This document shows, one piece after another, positions 63,479-64,000 of a DNA stretch of 64,000 bases. The position numbers were made by a program, and so were the translations under genes. The notes under the pieces are model-generated. The model searched no databases and had not been told where the DNA came from. It was given only the letters and a program-made list of their open reading frames with translations. The stretch lies in NCBI GenBank assembly GCA_963666365.2, contig CAXXNF010000002.1, forward strand, positions 2,272,001 to 2,336,000, given 5' to 3'. This stretch comes from Syntrophales bacterium (GTDB lineage Bacteria > Desulfobacterota > Syntrophia > Syntrophales > UBA2210). The number at the start of each line of letters is the position of its first letter. Within the stretch, counting starts at the first letter, position 1.

Positions 63479-64000
63479 ATGAAAAACAATTTTCACAGCC
63501 GATGGGAACAAAACGGGATTAACTACTTTGAAAATTTTCAGGGCATCAAGATTGAATGGGAGAAATTTTTGTCTGGCGCCGACGACATTGACCACAGCAT
63601 CGTCTCGGACGAGGTGTTCGATGCATGGAACAGATGCCGCGCAATGGAGGTGGACCCCTGTTGCATTCCTGAACAGACAATACTCAAAGGAAAGAGTCTT
63701 GCAACGCTCATTGATGACAATCAATTTTTTATCAACGCCAGTCGTCCCTTCATGCAGAACCTGTCTACATTTCTCAAGGGATCTGGATTTTTGGTCGGTC
63801 TTTTTGACAAGTCGGGACATTTTCTTGAAATTCTCGGTGATGATGATGCGATAGAGCATGCGAAAAGAGGCCCTGTTATCGTCGGAGCACTGTGGACAGA
63901 GAAAATTGCCGGAAATAATTCGGTCGGGACCGTTTTAGAGCTGAAAAGACCTATACAGATTTTTGCTTCCGAACACTATAAGAAATATCTCCATCATGAA
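63479..64000 (+). CDS. N-terminal GAF region of an AcoR/DhaR-like regulator, probably a sigma54 activator (3'-truncated by window edge; not in ORF track)
   Basis: Manual translation, open to window end: MKNNFHSRW...WEKFL...VFDAWNRCRAMEVDP...SRPFMQNL...GALWTEKIAGNNSVGTVLELKRPIQIFASEHY. Confidence 0.82.
   Translation, partial: MKNNFHSRWEQNGINYFENFQGIKIEWEKFLSGADDIDHSIVSDEVFDAWNRCRAMEVDPCCIPEQTILKGKSLATLIDDNQFFINASRPFMQNLSTFLKGSGFLVGLFDKSGHFLEILGDDDAIEHAKRGPVIVGALWTEKIAGNNSVGTVLELKRPIQIFASEHYKKYLHHE

Noticed and set aside
63428..63859. ORF-track ORFs 63428-63859 (-) and 63528-63854 (+)
   Set aside because: The real gene is the AcoR-like frame from 63479 that runs off the window
1..64000. CRISPR array, rRNA, integrase/transposase, prophage or defence genes
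   Set aside because: No repeat-spacer periodicity or recognisable motifs seen by eye; short degenerate elements could have been missed

Overview
Bacterial window, most consistent with an anaerobic Desulfobacterota (former Deltaproteobacteria, possibly Syntrophales-like); this is inferred from gene order and protein style only. 1-17.8 kb: 5'-truncated giant secreted protein with a C-terminal dockerin-like domain, an Mla/MCE ABC operon, a UGA-recoded selenoperoxiredoxin (PrxU) with a candidate SECIS hairpin, lpxR, cysS, argC, rpsI-rplM, lptD and folC. 18.3-47.5 kb (minus strand): the tRNA-secE-nusG-rif-str-S10-spc-alpha superoperon. fusA is missing from the str operon, no tuf follows the tRNA cluster, and the one EF-Tu present has substitutions in its aminoacyl-binding pocket (E215G, N273D). 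47.6-51.8 kb: AmrB-AmrA fusion, gap-tpiA-secG, tRNA-Leu. 51.8-64 kb: accessory region with an unannotated, badly decayed katG relic, a Liv-type ABC transporter with three binding-protein genes (one 5'-truncated), a PAS-LuxR regulator that may start at ATT, a small Cys-rich secreted orphan, and a divergent 4-hydroxybutyryl-CoA dehydratase-family gene. That gene lies behind a candidate sigma54 promoter with four regularly spaced palindromic boxes and a divergent AcoR-like activator. No CRISPR array, rRNA, integrase or transposase was seen. All calls were made by eye; no database searches were run.
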